NCBI GenBank assembly: GCA_965248355.1
Contig: OZ252098.1
Span: 672,001 to 736,000 of the forward strand
Length of the DNA: 64,000 nt
DNA from: Candidatus Latescibacterota bacterium
Lineage (GTDB): Bacteria > Latescibacterota > UBA2968 > UBA8231
Direction of reading: 5' to 3'
A program made the position numbers and the translations under genes. Positions 9,670 to 19,346 of this stretch are shown here, piece after piece. The notes beneath the pieces were generated by a model. The model saw only the letters and a program-made list of their open reading frames with translations, was not told where the DNA came from and made no database searches. Positions within the stretch are counted from its first letter, which is position 1. Each line of letters starts with the position of its first letter.

Positions 9670-10140
9670 GGGTGGGTCTTCTCCTGGCTCGTCTCGGCCT
9701 GGCCGCCGCGGCCTTCGCCGTCAGTCTGCTCGCCGGGGAGTTCGTCGTGCGGCTGGTGATCGATCCGGTCGATTACCTCCGTCCCGAGGTCCGGACCCGG
9801 TCCTGAAGCTCCGCGTGGAAGCAGGCTCCGCCGGCCACGACGCCTGGGGGTTCCGCAACGCTGAGGTGCCCGAGGGCGTCGACCTCGTCGCGGTCGGCGA
9901 TTCCCAGACCTACGGCAACAACGCGCCTGCTACGGAGGCTTGGCCACACTGGCTCGGGCGCGCCTCCGGGAAGAGCGTCTACAACCTCAGCCTGGGGGCG
10001 TACGGTCCCTTCGAGTATCTCCACCTGCTGTGGACTCGTGCCTTCCAACTCTCCCCCGAGGAGGTGATTGTAGGCTTCTACCTCGGCAACGATCTCTGGG
10101 ACGCCTATCACTCGGCCTACACCGTGGAGCATTGGCTAAC
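9666..10140 (+). pseudogene. Frameshifted, 3'-truncated SGNH/GDSL hydrolase
   Basis: A membrane-anchor N-terminus (9666-9806) ends at a frameshift. A second frame gives HDAWGFRN, VGDSQTYG, YNLSLGAYGP and FYLGNDL. No DxxH block follows. Confidence 0.7.
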
Positions 10141-10269
10141 CCCGGCGTTGATCGCGCGAGCAGGAGGAACGTCTCTACCGGCGCACGCCGGACGGCCACC
10201 CCGTGTCTCGAGGCTACGAGGTGATCGGCCGCCGCGCCGCGGTGGTCTTGGGGCTGGCGCGCTGACCAT

Positions 10270-10452
10270 CCCCGGCCCTGGGAGACCCTGTCCCACCTGC
10301 TGGACCTCGACTTCGAGAACCTCCTGCCCGGGCACGGCGACGCCATCGTCGGCGGCGCCAGGGAAACCCTTCGGGAGATGATGGAGGAGCGGCGCAGCAC
10401 CTCGACCGGGCCGCCGAGGGTTACCTGGTTCCCGAAACATCCGGCTGGCTGA
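10270..10452 (+). pseudogene. C-terminal fragment of an MBL-fold metallo-hydrolase
   Basis: Reads WETLSHLLDLDFENLLPGHGDAIVGGARETLREMM..., stop at 10450-10452. No start and no HxHxDH motif upstream. Confidence 0.55.
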
Positions 10453-10580
10453 CGGAGCGGCCCCGTGGGAGGGCGCCTAGCCCGCAGAGGTGATCGACGT
10501 CATGGGGATCCGAGTGCCCGGCGTGAGGGTTTGCGGTTCCGGAGGGGTCGGGCCCCATCAATTCACGCGATCCTACCGCC

Positions 10581-11192
10581 CTACAGAATCTCGCGCCCGA
10601 AGTCGGCGTAGGTCCCGGCCGTCACCAGCTCCACCGGCTCATCGACGCCGTCCAGATCTCCGGCGATCTCCTCCAGGGCGGCGAAGTCCGGCAGCACCCA
10701 CACGGCGAGCCCTCCCGGCTCGGGAGCGAGCCGGCCGATGCGGTGCAGGAGCAGGTTCAGCCGCAGGCGGGGATGCCCGCGGGTCCGCTCCGCGTAGAAG
10801 GCGGATATCGTCTCTGCAGGGGCCCGGGGGCGGAAGAACTCGACGTAGTAGGTGCCGTCCCGCGTGTGCACCGGCTCGATGAGGGGCGAGTAGCAGCCGG
10901 CCACGTCGATGCGGGCCACCTGGAAGAAGGCGCCCTCCAAGTGGTCGGCCTCGCCGCCGCGGAAGATGCGGTCCCAGTCGTCGAGGCGGTCGAGGCCGGC
11001 GCCGGGGCAGTGCCAGGCGGCGAAGTACTCGGGCTCGGGACCGAGGCGCCAGGTGCGCCCGGCGTTGAGCACGAGGCGGTCGGCGTCGTAGCCGCTGTCC
11101 CAACCCTGCTGGCCCTCGGCGACCCCCGCCCGGAAGGCGTCCAGGTCCACCCCGGGGCGGCGGCTGAAGTACTCGATGTAGATCAGACTCAT
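10581..11192 (-). CDS. Hypothetical protein with two similar halves (possible alpha-beta barrel fold)
   Basis: ATG at 11192 after GAGGAG. The halves begin IYIEYFSRRPG and YYVEFFRPRA, and each contains a (W/G)RL(G/A)PEP motif. Confidence 0.65.
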   Translation of the reverse strand: MSLIYIEYFSRRPGVDLDAFRAGVAEGQQGWDSGYDADRLVLNAGRTWRLGPEPEYFAAWHCPGAGLDRLDDWDRIFRGGEADHLEGAFFQVARIDVAGCYSPLIEPVHTRDGTYYVEFFRPRAPAETISAFYAERTRGHPRLRLNLLLHRIGRLAPEPGGLAVWVLPDFAALEEIAGDLDGVDEPVELVTAGTYADFGREIL

Positions 11193-11200
11193 TCTTCTCC

Positions 11201-12277
11201 TCACTCGATGGGGACCGACAGGGGCACCTCCCGCCCCCGGGCTTCGGACTCGTAGAGGGCATCCATCAGGCGCTGGATGCGCACGATCTCGGCGCCCGAC
11301 ACCGGCGAGGGACCGCCGCTGCGCACCGCCTGGAGGAACGCGGTGTACAGTCTCTCCATGCCGTAGCCGCCGGGAGCCAGCGCTCCCGGGGGAGGCCCGT
11401 CGTCGATCCAGGATCCGTCCTTGACGATGCGGAAACGGAGGGGCGAGAGGGAGGCCGCGCCGCGCTCCCCGAGGAGCTCCCACCCTTCGTGGCGCCCCGA
11501 GGGCGGCTGCAGCCAGTCCGCCTCGACGGTGATCACGGTGTCACCCTCCAGCCGCACGAAGGCCATGGCGAAGTCCTCGATCGCCGGGTTCACGGCGTCC
11601 ACGTCGATGACGTCGAGGGAAGGCCCGAGCGCCCCGGGGGAGGTGTGCAGCCGCTGATGGCAGAAGGCGCTGGCCGTGACGGGCTCCGGATGGTCCAGCA
11701 GCCAGAGGGCCAGGTCGAGGTTGTGGATCGTCCAGTGGGCGAGGACGCCGCCCCCGGCGCGGGCGAGCCGGTGGTAGTCGGGGTTGGTGGCGAAGCCGTG
11801 CACACCGCCGCCCCATGTACGGGCCGAGTGGACGTGGCCCAGGTCGCCGCCGGAGATGCGCTCCTTGAGCCAGACCGACTCGTCCCAGTGCCGGTACTGG
11901 AAGCAGACGCTCAGGAGGCGGCCGGCTTCTTCCGCGGCCATCACCATCTGTCCCGCTTCGATGGCGCTCAGGGCCACGGGTTTCTCACAGAGAACATGAC
12001 ATCCCGCGGCGAATCCTTGAATCGCCAGTTCCATGTGAGAGTCGGGAAATGTGGTGATCACCAGGACCTCGGGCCGCGTGCGGACCAGCATCTCCGCTAC
12101 CCTGTCGAAGGCGGGCGCGCCGTACTCGCGCGAAACCGACTGGGCCCGCTCGGGGACGATGTCGCATACCCCCACGAGCTCGCAGAGTCCGGCCTCGGCC
12201 GCGGCCCGGCAGGCGGGAAGATGCCCGCTGACGGCGATGCTCCCACAGCCGGCCACGGCGACTCGGGTCGGCTTCAT
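11201..12277 (-). CDS. Gfo/Idh/MocA family oxidoreductase
   Basis: VAGCGSIA, HVLCEKP and GGGVLAHWTIHNLD. Confidence 0.88.
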   Translation of the reverse strand: MKPTRVAVAGCGSIAVSGHLPACRAAAEAGLCELVGVCDIVPERAQSVSREYGAPAFDRVAEMLVRTRPEVLVITTFPDSHMELAIQGFAAGCHVLCEKPVALSAIEAGQMVMAAEEAGRLLSVCFQYRHWDESVWLKERISGGDLGHVHSARTWGGGVHGFATNPDYHRLARAGGGVLAHWTIHNLDLALWLLDHPEPVTASAFCHQRLHTSPGALGPSLDVIDVDAVNPAIEDFAMAFVRLEGDTVITVEADWLQPPSGRHEGWELLGERGAASLSPLRFRIVKDGSWIDDGPPPGALAPGGYGMERLYTAFLQAVRSGGPSPVSGAEIVRIQRLMDALYESEARGREVPLSVPIE

Positions 12278-12486
12278 GGGGCCGCCAGGCCGGCGATGGC
12301 GATGAAAGGCCGCCCGTAGCGCAGGGTATTCGCGTGCCGAATCCATAGAAGAGAGAATAGACGAGATTCCGGGTGGCAAACAGGGGCTGATCCACCGGGG
12401 GGCGGCCAGGTTCCCCCTACCGGCTTCGGACCCTCAGGGGGTGTACCCTCCCGTGGGTCCGGGGCATGGAAGCCTTCCAAGGGGGG

Positions 12487-12514
12487 TTGACCAAGGCTCA
12501 ATCTCCCGTATACT
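12487..12514 (+). promoter_or_regulatory. Putative sigma-70 promoter upstream of the DEAD-box helicase
   Basis: TTGACC-N16-TATACT in an intergenic region of a very GC-rich genome. Confidence 0.55.
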
Positions 12515-12803
12515 CTCTGAACCTTCTTGAAGGAGGCCACCGGCTCTCGATTCCGCCGGGATGACCAACTGGCCTGCTTCAGCTTCTTTTCTTGAGATAC
12601 CCTTTCAGAGCAGGCAGGATCCAGACGAACGGCATGCCTTACCGTGCCTGCGGCCGGGGCGTCATGCCGTCTCCCCCTGGCCGTCCGGTATGATGGTGAG
12701 CGGGTGCGCCTGATCTGGCGCGCTCAGTTCCATCCACCAACGGTCCACGATCTCTCCTCTCTCACCCTGTGTCACTCGCATAGACCAAGGAGTCTGCTTC
12801 CGT

Positions 12804-14162
12804 ATGCCTCTCGAACGCCCATCGACCCGCTCACTCAATTCCAGCCGCAGGCAACGCCACAAGGCCGTTTGCGCCAGTTGCGGCAGTTCCACCACGGTTC
12901 CCTTCCGGCCAACCCGCGACAGGCTGGTGTACTGCTCGCCGTGCTTCCAGGCCACCCGCAAGGATGCCCGCTCCCCGGGAATCGCGCCTGCAAAGGAGGC
13001 ACTTCCACCCCGTGAGGCCACTGCCCGCGGCCCACTTGAGGGTTCGTCGTTCGGGAGCATGGCGCTGAGTCCCGGAACCCGGGCGGCGATCTCCCGGATG
13101 GACATCTCCGAGCCAACGCCTATCCAGGAGAAGGCCATTCCCGAGCTGCTCGCGGGACGGGACGTGATCGGGCAGGCGCGCACGGGGTCCGGGAAGACGC
13201 TGGCCTTTGCCGTGCCGCTGGTCGAGCGGTGCGATTCGTCGACTCGGCGAGTCCAGGCGCTCGTGCTCGTGCCCACGCGGGAGTTGGCCATCCAGGTGGC
13301 GGGGGTCACGGAGGCGATCGCCTCGGCCCACGGGCTGCGCGTGACATTGCTCTACGGTGGCCGGGGGCTGGCGCCGGAACGGAGCGCGGTGAAGGGCGGG
13401 GCGCAGATCATCGTCGGGACTCCGGGGCGGACGCTGGACCACCTGCGGCAAGGAAATCTCGACCTGCGATCGGTGCGCTTCCTGGTCCTGGACGAGGCGG
13501 ACGAGATGCTGGACAGAGGGTTCGCGCAGGACGTCGAGGCGATCCTCGGCTACGCCTCCTCGCCCTGTCAGACGGCGCTTTTCTCCGCGACCATGCCCGA
13601 GTGGGTAGCGAAGACAGCTTCGAAGCACCTGCGGAGCCCCGTAACGGCGAAAGTCGATGCCGAACTGCAAGCGCTGCCGACGGTGGAGCATCTGGTCTAC
13701 ACAATCGAGAAGTGCGACAAGATAGGCGCGCTGCAAACGCTGCTGGACCAGCGGCAAGGCGCCCCGGTCCTGGTGTTCGGCAGGACCAAGCGCGGGGTCA
13801 GGCAGCTGGCGAAACGTCTGGACGCGCTGGGCTACGCGGTAGGCGCCCTGCAGGGAAACCTCAGCCAGAACGCGCGGGAACGGGCGTTGGTGAACTTTCG
13901 GTCAGGCGCCACGCCGATCCTGGTGGCAACGAACGTGGCCGCGCGAGGGTTGGATATCGAGGGAATCGGACAGGTGATCAACTTCGATCTGCCGGACTCG
14001 GAGCATCTGTTTACGCACAGGGTCGGACGAACGGGCCGTATGGGGCGCTCCGGAGAGGCGGTGACCTTCATCATGCCGGGAGAAGAGAAGAAGTGGCGTG
14101 AGATAAGACATGGGCTTGGCCTCCGGCTCACCAGCAAGCCATGGCCACTTCCCGCAAGGTAG
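12804..14162 (+). CDS. DEAD-box RNA helicase with an N-terminal CxxC-x17-CxxC zinc ribbon
   Basis: Q motif PTPIQ, ARTGSGKT, PTRELA, TPGR, DEAD, SAT, ARGLD and HRVGRTGR. N-terminal CASC-x17-CSPC. AAGGAG RBS. Confidence 0.92.
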   Translation: MPLERPSTRSLNSSRRQRHKAVCASCGSSTTVPFRPTRDRLVYCSPCFQATRKDARSPGIAPAKEALPPREATARGPLEGSSFGSMALSPGTRAAISRMDISEPTPIQEKAIPELLAGRDVIGQARTGSGKTLAFAVPLVERCDSSTRRVQALVLVPTRELAIQVAGVTEAIASAHGLRVTLLYGGRGLAPERSAVKGGAQIIVGTPGRTLDHLRQGNLDLRSVRFLVLDEADEMLDRGFAQDVEAILGYASSPCQTALFSATMPEWVAKTASKHLRSPVTAKVDAELQALPTVEHLVYTIEKCDKIGALQTLLDQRQGAPVLVFGRTKRGVRQLAKRLDALGYAVGALQGNLSQNARERALVNFRSGATPILVATNVAARGLDIEGIGQVINFDLPDSEHLFTHRVGRTGRMGRSGEAVTFIMPGEEKKWREIRHGLGLRLTSKPWPLPAR

Positions 14163-14219
14163 AACAGGCTTCGCGCTCCCCGTGGTCAGCCGGGAGGCAT
14201 GGCCACCAAGGGCGGCGGC

Positions 14220-15845
14220 TCAGAAGACCGGGGCCGGCAGGCCGTCGATGGTGACGTCGATGACCGCGGGCCGGCCGCTGGCCAGGGCGCGCTCAACGGC
14301 GGGCGCCAGCTCGCCGGGATCCTCGACCCGCTCGCCGAACCCGCCCAGGGCCTCGGCGACGCGGTCGTATCGGGTCGGCAGGAGGTCGCAGCCGATGGTG
14401 CGGTCCGGTCCGTACTGGCGGATCTGCAGCTGCACCTCGGCGTTCCAGCGGGCGTCGTTGCCGACGATGATCACGACGGGCAGGCCGTAGCGCAGGCAGG
14501 TGTCGATCTCCAGGGCGTGGAAGCCGAAGGTGCCGTCCCCCTGAAAGACGAAGACCGCCCGCTCCGGATGGCGCACCTTGGCGGCCATGCCCATGGGCAG
14601 GGAGCTGCCGATGGAGCCGGAGGGGCCGTTGATCAGCCGCAGCCCGGCGGCGAGTCCGGCCTGCATCCACTGTCCGAACTCGCCGCCGTCGCAGACGAAG
14701 ACGGCGTCCTGCGCCAGGAAGGGCTGGAGCCTTTCGCAGAGCGCCAGCGGGTGGATGGGTGAGGAACCGCTGTCGCGGTGGGCCCGCCACTCCGGTGGCT
14801 CGGTGCGCGCGCCCTCGAGGTCCCGGCGCCATGGGTTCTCGCTCCATTGCCGCTGTGCCGCCGCCTCGGCGAGGGTGCCGACAGCCTCGGCGGGATCGCC
14901 CCGGAAGCAGCCCTCGAGGCGGGTCCCGTCGAGGGCCTCCTCGGCATCGACCGAGAGAAAGCGGACGGATTCGGAGAAGGCGGGGGGCTCTCCGAAGCGC
15001 AGGGTGAAGTCGAGCCTCTTGCCGAGGAGCAGCACGAGATCCGCCTCGGCCAGGCAGCGGCTGGCGCCGCGCAGCCAGGGATCGTCGACCCCCCGGGGGC
15101 TCTCGCACGGCAGGGCCGGGACGCCGGAGGCCGACTGCAATTGCAGCACGGCGTTCCAGCTGTCGCGGCGCGACATGGCGGGGCCGGCCAGGATCAGGGG
15201 GCGGGCGGCCCCCTGCAGGCGGTCGAGGATGTCCCCGGCTTGGTCCTCGCTCAGCCGCGGCCCGTCGTCGGGCGGCCACTCTACCGGCGGGGGCGGTCCT
15301 GCCTCGGGAAGCCTCTGCGCCGTCGAGGGCGGCTGCGGGTCCGCCTCGGCCTGCAGCAGGTCCATGGGCAGGCTGAGGTGCACGGGGCCGGGGCGGCCGC
15401 CGGCCGAGGTCTGCAGCGCCCGGGCCACGATGTCCGCCAGCGGCTCGGCCCCGGTGGCCACGTGGGACCACTTGGCCGCCGGCGCCGCCATGGCGGCCTG
15501 GTCCAGCTCCTGGAAGGCCCCCATGCCGGCCTGCGAGAGCGGGCTGTGACCGCTGATCATCACCAGGGGAGACTCGGCCGCACGGGCCACGAAGAGGCCG
15601 GTGACGCCGTTGCAGTGTCCGGGCCCGGCGGTGAGCAGGGCGACCCCGGGCTCGCCGGTGAGGCGGCCCCAGCCGTCGGCCATGTGCACGGCCGCCGCCT
15701 CGTGGCGGGTGTGGATGAGCTGGAGGCCGCTGCCGATGCAGGCGTCGAAGAGCGGCAGGTTCTGGTTGCCGGAGAGGGCGAAGAGATGGCGGACCCCGGC
15801 GGCGGTCAGGGCCTGGACGACGCTCTCGGCCCCGGTCATGGCCAC
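14220..15845 (-). CDS. Thiamine pyrophosphate-binding enzyme (acetolactate synthase / 2-hydroxyacyl-CoA lyase-like)
   Basis: TRHEAAAVHMADG, TAGPG, RPGPVHLSLP and the GDG...N TPP motif. Alternative ATG at 15839. Confidence 0.9.
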   Translation of the reverse strand: MAMTGAESVVQALTAAGVRHLFALSGNQNLPLFDACIGSGLQLIHTRHEAAAVHMADGWGRLTGEPGVALLTAGPGHCNGVTGLFVARAAESPLVMISGHSPLSQAGMGAFQELDQAAMAAPAAKWSHVATGAEPLADIVARALQTSAGGRPGPVHLSLPMDLLQAEADPQPPSTAQRLPEAGPPPPVEWPPDDGPRLSEDQAGDILDRLQGAARPLILAGPAMSRRDSWNAVLQLQSASGVPALPCESPRGVDDPWLRGASRCLAEADLVLLLGKRLDFTLRFGEPPAFSESVRFLSVDAEEALDGTRLEGCFRGDPAEAVGTLAEAAAQRQWSENPWRRDLEGARTEPPEWRAHRDSGSSPIHPLALCERLQPFLAQDAVFVCDGGEFGQWMQAGLAAGLRLINGPSGSIGSSLPMGMAAKVRHPERAVFVFQGDGTFGFHALEIDTCLRYGLPVVIIVGNDARWNAEVQLQIRQYGPDRTIGCDLLPTRYDRVAEALGGFGERVEDPGELAPAVERALASGRPAVIDVTIDGLPAPVF

Positions 15846-16356
15846 CGCGGCGCCAGTTGGTCCAGCAGGGGTCGGAGGCGCTCTCCCCGACCGGCGGAAG
15901 GGGCGGGGGCCGCGTCGGCCTCGGCGTCCGTGAGCCTTTCGATCTCGAGTCGAGTCATGGTCCAGTCGCTGAATAGTGGGGATGCCGAATCAGGATGAGC
16001 CGCAGCCGAAAGATAGGAACCGCGGCTGTCGGGGGTGGCAAGCCCGGCCGGAGCCCACCGGAGGTAATTGCCCGCCTCCTCGGCGAATCCCAGACCTGTG
16101 CGTGTCGGGCAATGTCTCCGGTGGAATCGACCTGGGGCATCCCTTCATCGTGGCCGTCAATGACTGCCACAGTGAGTTCGAGTGGGACCCTCATGGCATT
16201 CAGTGTGCTTTGGCGAATGACGTCGGGGCGATACACGATTCGAGCTTCCAACCCAAATTCCATCGCATCTCCGGTGTTCGGCGATCTGCTCGGACACGGT
16301 GGAGGGTCCGTAGGAGTCGAAGTCAGTCGGTAACGGCAGGGCCCGGGAATGCAATA

Positions 16357-17037
16357 ATGTCGCTGAACCTGGACGCCAAGTATCCCAAGACGCCCTACTG
16401 GCCCTGGTCGCCAGCCATCGGCAGGGAGGACGGGGTGCACGCGGATCCCCAGCGATTCGTCGGCGAGCCCGTGGTCGTAACGGAGAAGCTGGACGGTGGC
16501 AACACCCTCCTGCACGCCGGCAAGGTGTACGGCCGCAGCGTGTCGGTTCCTTCCAGCGACAAGTGGATGGCGATGGTGAAGAAGCACCACGCCTGGAAGG
16601 TGCGGGAGCCCGATGTCTATCTCTACGGGGAGGACATCTACGGTGTGCACAGCATCGAGTACGATCCCGTTCCGGAGCGGGAGACCTTCTACGCATTCGC
16701 GCTTCGGGACGGGGAGGGCGCTTTCGCCTCCTTCGAGGAGCTTGAGGTGTACGCCAAACCCCGGGAGATTCCGGTCGTGCCCGTCCTCTTCCGGGGCAGC
16801 TTCCAGTCGGTTGCAGGGATAGGCGCCTTCATGGAACGAGCCCACGGCGAGTCCTCGGCCCTCGGGGGTGCGCGGGAAGGGGTGGTGTTGCGGCTGGCGC
16901 GAGGGTTTCCTGCGTTGGAGTTTCCCAGCAACGTCTGCAAGAGCGTCCGCGCCGGCCATGTGCAGAGCGACGAGCATTGGACCAGGGACTGGAGGCCCTG
17001 CAGGATCGCACGGACCCCAAGAAAGGAGAGCTTGTGA
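16357..17037 (+). CDS. RNA ligase family nucleotidyltransferase (Rnl2-like adenylation domain, stand-alone)
   Basis: KYPKTP, motif I TEKLDGGN, III LYGE, IIIa FYAF, IV REGVVLR and V CKSVR. Confidence 0.82.
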   Translation: MSLNLDAKYPKTPYWPWSPAIGREDGVHADPQRFVGEPVVVTEKLDGGNTLLHAGKVYGRSVSVPSSDKWMAMVKKHHAWKVREPDVYLYGEDIYGVHSIEYDPVPERETFYAFALRDGEGAFASFEELEVYAKPREIPVVPVLFRGSFQSVAGIGAFMERAHGESSALGGAREGVVLRLARGFPALEFPSNVCKSVRAGHVQSDEHWTRDWRPCRIARTPRKESL

Positions 17038-17777
17038 GAGTGGCCGTCATGGGCGCCGCCGGGTGGGTCGGCCGGGCGGTGCTGGACAACTTCGCCGGCC
17101 GCCACGAGGTGCGGGCCTTCGACTACAACCCCGAAGCCTGGGACGCGTACCGCCGATTCCATGGGGACTGGGAGGGGGAGAAGCACCACGGGGACATCGC
17201 CGACTTCAACGCCGTCCACGGGGCCCTGGAAGGCATGGACGGCGTCGTCCATCTGGCCGCCTACTTCGGCTACGAGAACCCGCCCGAGGACGACCTGAAC
17301 CCCTTTCTCTTCAACGTCAAGGGGATGTGGAACGTCCTGGAGTCGGCCCGGCGGCACGGGCTCCAACGGGTGGTGCACATGAGCTCCTGCGTCGTGGAGC
17401 ATCCGGACGGCGTCTTCCTGTCGTCGGAGGTGCGCAGCAAGGAGGGCAGCCTGTACGGCATGACGAAGCGTCTGCAGGAGGAACTGTGCCGCCAGTTCCA
17501 CGACGCCTGCGGTCTGCGCATCATCGTCCTCCGGCCGTGCAGCATCGGCGACAGCCGGCTCGGCATCACCCGGGACGGCTCCCCCGCCCGCGGCGGCATC
17601 AGCTGGGTCTGCCGGCACGATCTGGCGGAGGCCTGCCACCTGGCGCTCACATCCGGCGCCATCGACTTCGACATCATGCACACGGCCAGCCACCCGGAGG
17701 CCGACAAGCACTGCAACGTGGCAAGGTCCCGGGAGTTGCTGGGTCTGGAGTACAAAGGCCACTTCCCCGGCGGCTGA
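17034..17777 (+). CDS. NAD-dependent epimerase/dehydratase (SDR)
   Basis: GAAGWVG, VVHLAA and YGMTK (YxxxK). GTG overlaps the ligase TGA; AAGGAG RBS. Confidence 0.88.
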   Translation: MRVAVMGAAGWVGRAVLDNFAGRHEVRAFDYNPEAWDAYRRFHGDWEGEKHHGDIADFNAVHGALEGMDGVVHLAAYFGYENPPEDDLNPFLFNVKGMWNVLESARRHGLQRVVHMSSCVVEHPDGVFLSSEVRSKEGSLYGMTKRLQEELCRQFHDACGLRIIVLRPCSIGDSRLGITRDGSPARGGISWVCRHDLAEACHLALTSGAIDFDIMHTASHPEADKHCNVARSRELLGLEYKGHFPGG

Positions 17778-17778
17778 C

Positions 17779-19167
17779 TCAGGGGGCTTCCGCGGCAAAG
17801 GCATCGGGCCGCGTGGAATCGGCGGGCCAGTATCCCCGGGGGGATTGGCGCCACCGGGTGCCGCACAGACCGGAGATCACGCTCCACTCCGGCGCCCCCA
17901 GGTCCGGGTCCGGCTGAAAGAGGAAGCGCCGGGCCCCGGCCCGCTCGGAGGCGGTCAGGATGCCGTGGAGGTCCCTGGCGGTCATGGCCTCGCCGCCGTG
18001 GGGCTGCCGGCCGGTGGAAACCCAGGGGATCGCCTTGTCGTCCCCTATGGCCTCCAGCGCGCGCCTCGTCTCGTCGTGGACCAGCCGCTCGAAGAACTCC
18101 TCCGGAAAGCCCAGCTCCATATCCGCCAGCGATTCGATCCCCGGTAGTTCCAGCCCCAACCACGCTTTGACCACCGAGAAGCAATCCGCCTCGGTCAGGG
18201 CGGGGTTCCAGGCGCCGACCTGCTGAACCCAGCGGGCCACGGTTCCGTAGAGGCCGTCGTTGCCCCGGTGCCAGAAGTAGTGCTTGGGGAAGACATAGTC
18301 GAAGTAACGCGCCATCTGTCCGAAGTCCTGGCCGGTGAGCCCGGAGAAGGCCGCGGTGCGCGGGATGCCGCCCAGCTCCAGCGAGCAATCGAGCTGGTCG
18401 ATCCGGGAGCGCACGGCGTCCATGAAGTCGATCGCGGTCTGGCGCCGCACTTGCAGCCAGTAGAGGCCGTCCTCGTCCAGGTCGAACAGAGTCAGGGCGC
18501 CCAGCAGGCCGCCCGTGGCATGGTAGCGCACGAGAGCCGGCGTCAATTGGTGGAAGCGCCGGCGCAGCCGGGCCATGCCGCGCTCGATGCGGGGCACGTC
18601 CGCCCCCTGCATCTCGAAGCGGTAACGCTGGAGACCGTGCAGTTGCAGCAGCTGGGTGCCGCGGTGCAACTCCAGCTCGTAGTCGTGCTCTCCCGGCTGG
18701 TCCAGAATGACGCCGTGGGCCTGGGGAAAGGCGCCCATGATGTCCCGCACCCCGGCGGCGATCTCCAACGCACCCACCGGATCCCGCTCCGGGGGCAGGC
18801 CCGAGACGGTGCCCTGGCCGCGCTGGTAGAGCAGGCGGAGACCGTCCCTGGAATCGAATATCATGATCTTCCAGCCCCGGGCGGCCGCGTCGTCGAGCAG
18901 GGCGTGGAGCTTCTTCTCCTTGGCCTCATTGCGAGGCGTCTCCGGAGGCGGGTTGATGCCCAGTGCGGCGTATACCTCCGGATCGGCGGGGAAGGCGGGC
19001 GTCAGCGTATCCCCCCACAGCGGCATGCCGTGGCCGTCCTCCTGGACGAACCACAAGCGGCCCACGACGATGCCGCGCACCCCGCCGTCCTCCCAGGCGT
19101 CGAAGATGCGGCCGTACTCGTCCAGCCAGCGCTCGAGCGGATTGTGCACGAAGATCCACGGTGTCAT
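17779..19167 (-). CDS. Hypothetical protein (possible TIM-barrel, glycoside hydrolase-like)
   Basis: ATG at 19167 opens a 462 aa ORF with host-like codon bias. No diagnostic motif recognised. Confidence 0.6.
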   Translation of the reverse strand: MTPWIFVHNPLERWLDEYGRIFDAWEDGGVRGIVVGRLWFVQEDGHGMPLWGDTLTPAFPADPEVYAALGINPPPETPRNEAKEKKLHALLDDAAARGWKIMIFDSRDGLRLLYQRGQGTVSGLPPERDPVGALEIAAGVRDIMGAFPQAHGVILDQPGEHDYELELHRGTQLLQLHGLQRYRFEMQGADVPRIERGMARLRRRFHQLTPALVRYHATGGLLGALTLFDLDEDGLYWLQVRRQTAIDFMDAVRSRIDQLDCSLELGGIPRTAAFSGLTGQDFGQMARYFDYVFPKHYFWHRGNDGLYGTVARWVQQVGAWNPALTEADCFSVVKAWLGLELPGIESLADMELGFPEEFFERLVHDETRRALEAIGDDKAIPWVSTGRQPHGGEAMTARDLHGILTASERAGARRFLFQPDPDLGAPEWSVISGLCGTRWRQSPRGYWPADSTRPDAFAAEAP

Positions 19168-19346
19168 TTCGCTACCCCTCTCACACGGAACGCGGGACAC
19201 ACAGGGCGGGATTCGCCGCCTGCCGGGATCGGCGTGCAGATGGTGGGACGGTGAAGGGTGGCTGTCAAAGTGACGCCGATCTTGATGCGGGATTTCCGGG
19301 CGCCTTGTATCTTGGCCAGCGCCGCCCTCCTATCTCACGAGAGCCC

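Noticed and set aside
15850..16356. Possible gene upstream of the RNA ligase, or a long ligase N-terminus
   Set aside because: No frame gives a recognisable protein. Probably decayed sequence that cannot be assigned.
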